Positions 61,619-64,000 of a DNA stretch of 64,000 nucleotides are shown one piece after another. The notes under the pieces were generated by a model. The model saw nothing but the letters and a program-made list of their open reading frames with translations, was not told the DNA's origin and searched no databases. The translations under genes and the position numbers were made by a program. Where the stretch lies: contig CAZLKF010000002.1 in NCBI GenBank assembly GCA_964560085.1, forward strand, positions 28,240 to 92,239, read 5' to 3'. Origin of the DNA: an uncultured Muribaculaceae bacterium (GTDB lineage: Bacteria; Bacillota_I; Bacilli_A; RF39; UBA660). Every line of letters starts with the position of its first letter. The first letter of the stretch is position 1.

Positions 61619-62291
61619 TTTCATTTTCACCATCAATTCTAATAATATTGCCACTCGTATACTTATTATCTAATATGTCACTTATTTTTTTTATGATATC
61701 CTCAATTTGGACCATTTTTTTCTGATTTGTTCGTTTCATCTCAGCATGCAAATATTCTTGATTTATTTCTTTGTTTTTTTGAGTATCAACCCATCCTGGA
61801 GCTATTGCAAAAACTCTTGTCTGTGGCAAAGCCATTGCTAAAGTCTTTGTTAGATTATTTAGTGCTGCTTTGGAAGCACAATAATCCATGCTAATATCAT
61901 TATAAGTATCAATACCATCAGCTGATGATATATTAATTATGTAACCATTTTTAGTATTTAAATTTTTTGCTAGCAAAAAAGTGGAAACCACATTCACTTC
62001 ATAAGTTTTCATAAATTCTGCTTTGCTTTTTTCTAAAAAATTACAATCAAAACAAACTGCGGCCACATTTACAAGCAAATCAACTTTCATCGTTAACTCA
62101 CATAAACTTTTAATTTCATCCTCATTTGTTAAATCACATTTTTTAGTTGTCATGTATTCACTTTTAATTTTGTCTAAATTTCGCCTTCCATTGTGATAAC
62201 AAGCAATAACTTCATAATTTCTTCCCAAAAGAAACTTACAAATATTAACACCAATTTCACTATTTGCTCCAGTTACAATCGCTTTAAGCAT
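61608..62291 (-). CDS. short-chain dehydrogenase/reductase (SDR)
   Basis: TGANSEIG cofactor motif and the YCASK catalytic dyad. Start ATG 62291 (MLKAIVTG) follows GGAGGAA. Confidence 0.8.
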   Translation of the reverse strand: MLKAIVTGANSEIGVNICKFLLGRNYEVIACYHNGRRNLDKIKSEYMTTKKCDLTNEDEIKSLCELTMKVDLLVNVAAVCFDCNFLEKSKAEFMKTYEVNVVSTFLLAKNLNTKNGYIINISSADGIDTYNDISMDYCASKAALNNLTKTLAMALPQTRVFAIAPGWVDTQKNKEINQEYLHAEMKRTNQKKMVQIEDIIKKISDILDNKYTSGNIIRIDGENENVY

Positions 62292-62402
62292 AATTATTCC
62301 TCCAAAAACAAATATATTATAACACAAGAATATTTAATAAATAGTCAATTTTATCTCTTGCATTGCATATTTTTATGTTATAATTATAAAAGAGGTGATT
62401 AA

Positions 62403-63242
62403 ATGAAATATGTATGCGAAAAATGCAACAAAAAATTCAACAAATACGTAAGCACATGTGATGAATGTGATGGAAAGGTAATCGCCAAGAAAACAAATCG
62501 TTTTTTAGGCACATTGATATTAATTTTAGTAACTGCAATTGTTAGTTCTTTAGCAACTTACCAATTTATGAAAGAAAATTCTTGCAATAACAAAGGAAAT
62601 GTTAACCTTAAGGGCTCTTGGTATAGTACTTATGCAGGTTCAACATTTATGCTATCTCTAACAGAAGATGGCAATTGTGAATATGGATATGAAGATGCTG
62701 ATAAGACAAAATGTACATATGAATATTCTAATGAAGTTCTTCAATTAAAGACTTCAGAAGGCACGGATAAATTGATATATAACCTTGAAAAAGATGTTTT
62801 ATATATAAATTCCTCTCCATACTACAATAGTAAAGAAACAAGCAGTAAAAATGATGCATATTATTATGTCCCAGAAGGATACGATATATCAATGTTTACG
62901 AAGATTACACCAGAAGAATTTATTTCAAAGTTCAATAATGGCGATGAAATGTTTGTTCTAACTGCTAGAAGTAGTTGTCAACATTGTCAAGATTTTAGAC
63001 CAATAGCTGCCCAAACAGTTGAATCACATAACTATAAATTATATTATCTTGACACTGCAACATTAACTGATACAACATACGCAAATATCAAAGCATTAGA
63101 TACAAAGCTTAATGAAACATTTGGAGCAACTCCTAATGTCTATTATGTTAAGGGCAAAAAAGTTGTTGATACTAATGAGGGTGCTACTACTCTAGCACAA
63201 TATACGCAATTTATTGAAACACATGGCGTAAAGAAAAAATAA
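62403..63242 (+). CDS. zinc-ribbon / TM / thioredoxin-like (CxxC) extracytoplasmic protein
   Basis: N-terminal C-x2-C...C-x2-C, one TM helix and a C-terminal domain with CQHC in a thioredoxin-fold-like context. Confidence 0.5.
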   Translation: MKYVCEKCNKKFNKYVSTCDECDGKVIAKKTNRFLGTLILILVTAIVSSLATYQFMKENSCNNKGNVNLKGSWYSTYAGSTFMLSLTEDGNCEYGYEDADKTKCTYEYSNEVLQLKTSEGTDKLIYNLEKDVLYINSSPYYNSKETSSKNDAYYYVPEGYDISMFTKITPEEFISKFNNGDEMFVLTARSSCQHCQDFRPIAAQTVESHNYKLYYLDTATLTDTTYANIKALDTKLNETFGATPNVYYVKGKKVVDTNEGATTLAQYTQFIETHGVKKK

Positions 63243-63260
63243 AGCAAGAAATTGCTTTTT

Positions 63261-63536
63261 TTATTTTCCACACTTTATATCATCTATTTCACTGCTAAGG
63301 GCTTTCCTCATTTTTTCTAGCAAAATCAATGTATTATCATCACTAATATTATTATTTCGTTCTGCTTGAACTTGCTTATAATAAGCGTTGGTGCATAAAA
63401 CTTGTGCTGTCAGCATTAGCCAATTACCAAGAGCATTTTGCTCATTGGCGCTTAAATCGTCTATTAACAAATACCCAACGGCTACTGCCGACAAAGAAAA
63501 AATTTTAGGCGAAACGTTAGGAATTAAATTGCTCAT
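63261..63536 (-). CDS. hypothetical small protein
   Basis: 91 aa ORF with an N-terminal hydrophobic segment and no motif; the orientation matches the flanking terminator-less spacing. Confidence 0.3.
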   Translation of the reverse strand: MSNLIPNVSPKIFSLSAVAVGYLLIDDLSANEQNALGNWLMLTAQVLCTNAYYKQVQAERNNNISDDNTLILLEKMRKALSSEIDDIKCGK

Positions 63537-63568
63537 ATTAAATTATATTAAAATGAATATATATTAGT

Positions 63569-63919
63569 ATGAATGACAACGAAAGATATAAAAAAATTGC
63601 AGTTGAGAATATTATTTTTTACATATATTTTATAATTATTGCTTTATCTCTTTATGATAATTATTTAGAAGTTATATATCTACAAAATAAGACAGAAGCA
63701 AATAAGCAAAATTATCGGCAACTACTAATCCTAATTTTTTTAATTACCACTATTATATACATTTATTTTGCATATGACAGCTATAAAGATTTAGCTACAA
63801 ATCAGAAATATTCACGCCTTGCTTTCATTGGAAGCTTATTAGTAGTAATTAGTGGTTTAATTTTTTTATATATTGCTAGCACTGATGAATACATTGAAAC
63901 CGAAATTTCTTTTAATTAA
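63569..63919 (+). CDS. hypothetical small membrane protein
   Basis: 116 aa with three predicted TM helices. Confidence 0.35.
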   Translation: MNDNERYKKIAVENIIFYIYFIIIALSLYDNYLEVIYLQNKTEANKQNYRQLLILIFLITTIIYIYFAYDSYKDLATNQKYSRLAFIGSLLVVISGLIFLYIASTDEYIETEISFN

Positions 63920-64000
63920 TGGTTGGTGTTTAAGTCGAAAAATGGTATAATATTTTAAGAGATTTGAGGATGATTTTACTTGAAAAAAATTATGTTGTTA

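Noticed and set aside
1-64000. Search for CRISPR arrays, tRNA/rRNA genes, transposases, integrases, and phage or restriction-modification genes
   Set aside because: No direct-repeat arrays, no cloverleaf-compatible conserved tRNA boxes in any intergenic gap, and no proteins with DDE, tyrosine-recombinase or methyltransferase signatures were seen. The window looks like core chromosome, not an accessory island.
63920-64000. TGGTATAAT extended -10 and GAGGATGA followed by TTG at the window edge
   Set aside because: It probably marks the promoter and start of a gene that continues beyond the window. There is too little sequence to call a feature.

Overview
This is a low-GC (about 30% G+C by eye), gene-dense chromosomal segment from a spore-forming Firmicute. 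Clostridia or Erysipelotrichia are likely; it carries spo0A and a gerA-type germinant receptor operon. Almost all genes sit on the minus strand. Starting at the window end of that strand, the order is: rplT-rpmI-infC with a consensus promoter and a leader attenuator; a HIT protein; gpmI; a DagK-like lipid kinase; spo0A; tpiA; a J-domain-like protein with a Q/N/Y-rich tract; then the complete S10-spc-alpha ribosomal superoperon (rpsJ through rplQ, including secY, adk, map, infA, rpmJ, rpoA; rpmD is absent). It continues with an acyl-CoA ligase plus a CAT/E2-like acyltransferase, trpS behind a Trp T-box leader and an M20 peptidase, an SGNH hydrolase, NUDIX, dacB-like, a lipoprotein amidase, polA, polC, prfA-prmC, a phosphoesterase, gerAA-gerAC-gerAB (plus strand), a ferredoxin, two type IV pilin-like genes immediately downstream of yceD-rpmF, tmcAL, mutM, murI, serS behind a Ser T-box together with a small HD-domain (p)ppGpp hydrolase, murD, an ABC-2 transporter, a FAD protein, two zinc-ribbon membrane proteins, RluA, a YnbB-like PLP enzyme and an SDR. 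I saw no rRNA, tRNA, CRISPR, IS or phage genes. The most unusual items are: (i) two orphan prepilin-type pseudopilins appended to the rpmF unit, the larger carrying a C-terminal FGE-sulfatase-like domain; (ii) a Ser T-box that drives a small alarmone hydrolase along with serS; (iii) a Trp T-box whose first gene is an M20 peptidase, not trpS; and (iv) a J-domain-like coiled-coil protein with a prion-like Q/N/Y tract between tpiA and rplQ. All calls rest on reading the translations and the sequence by eye. No searches were run.
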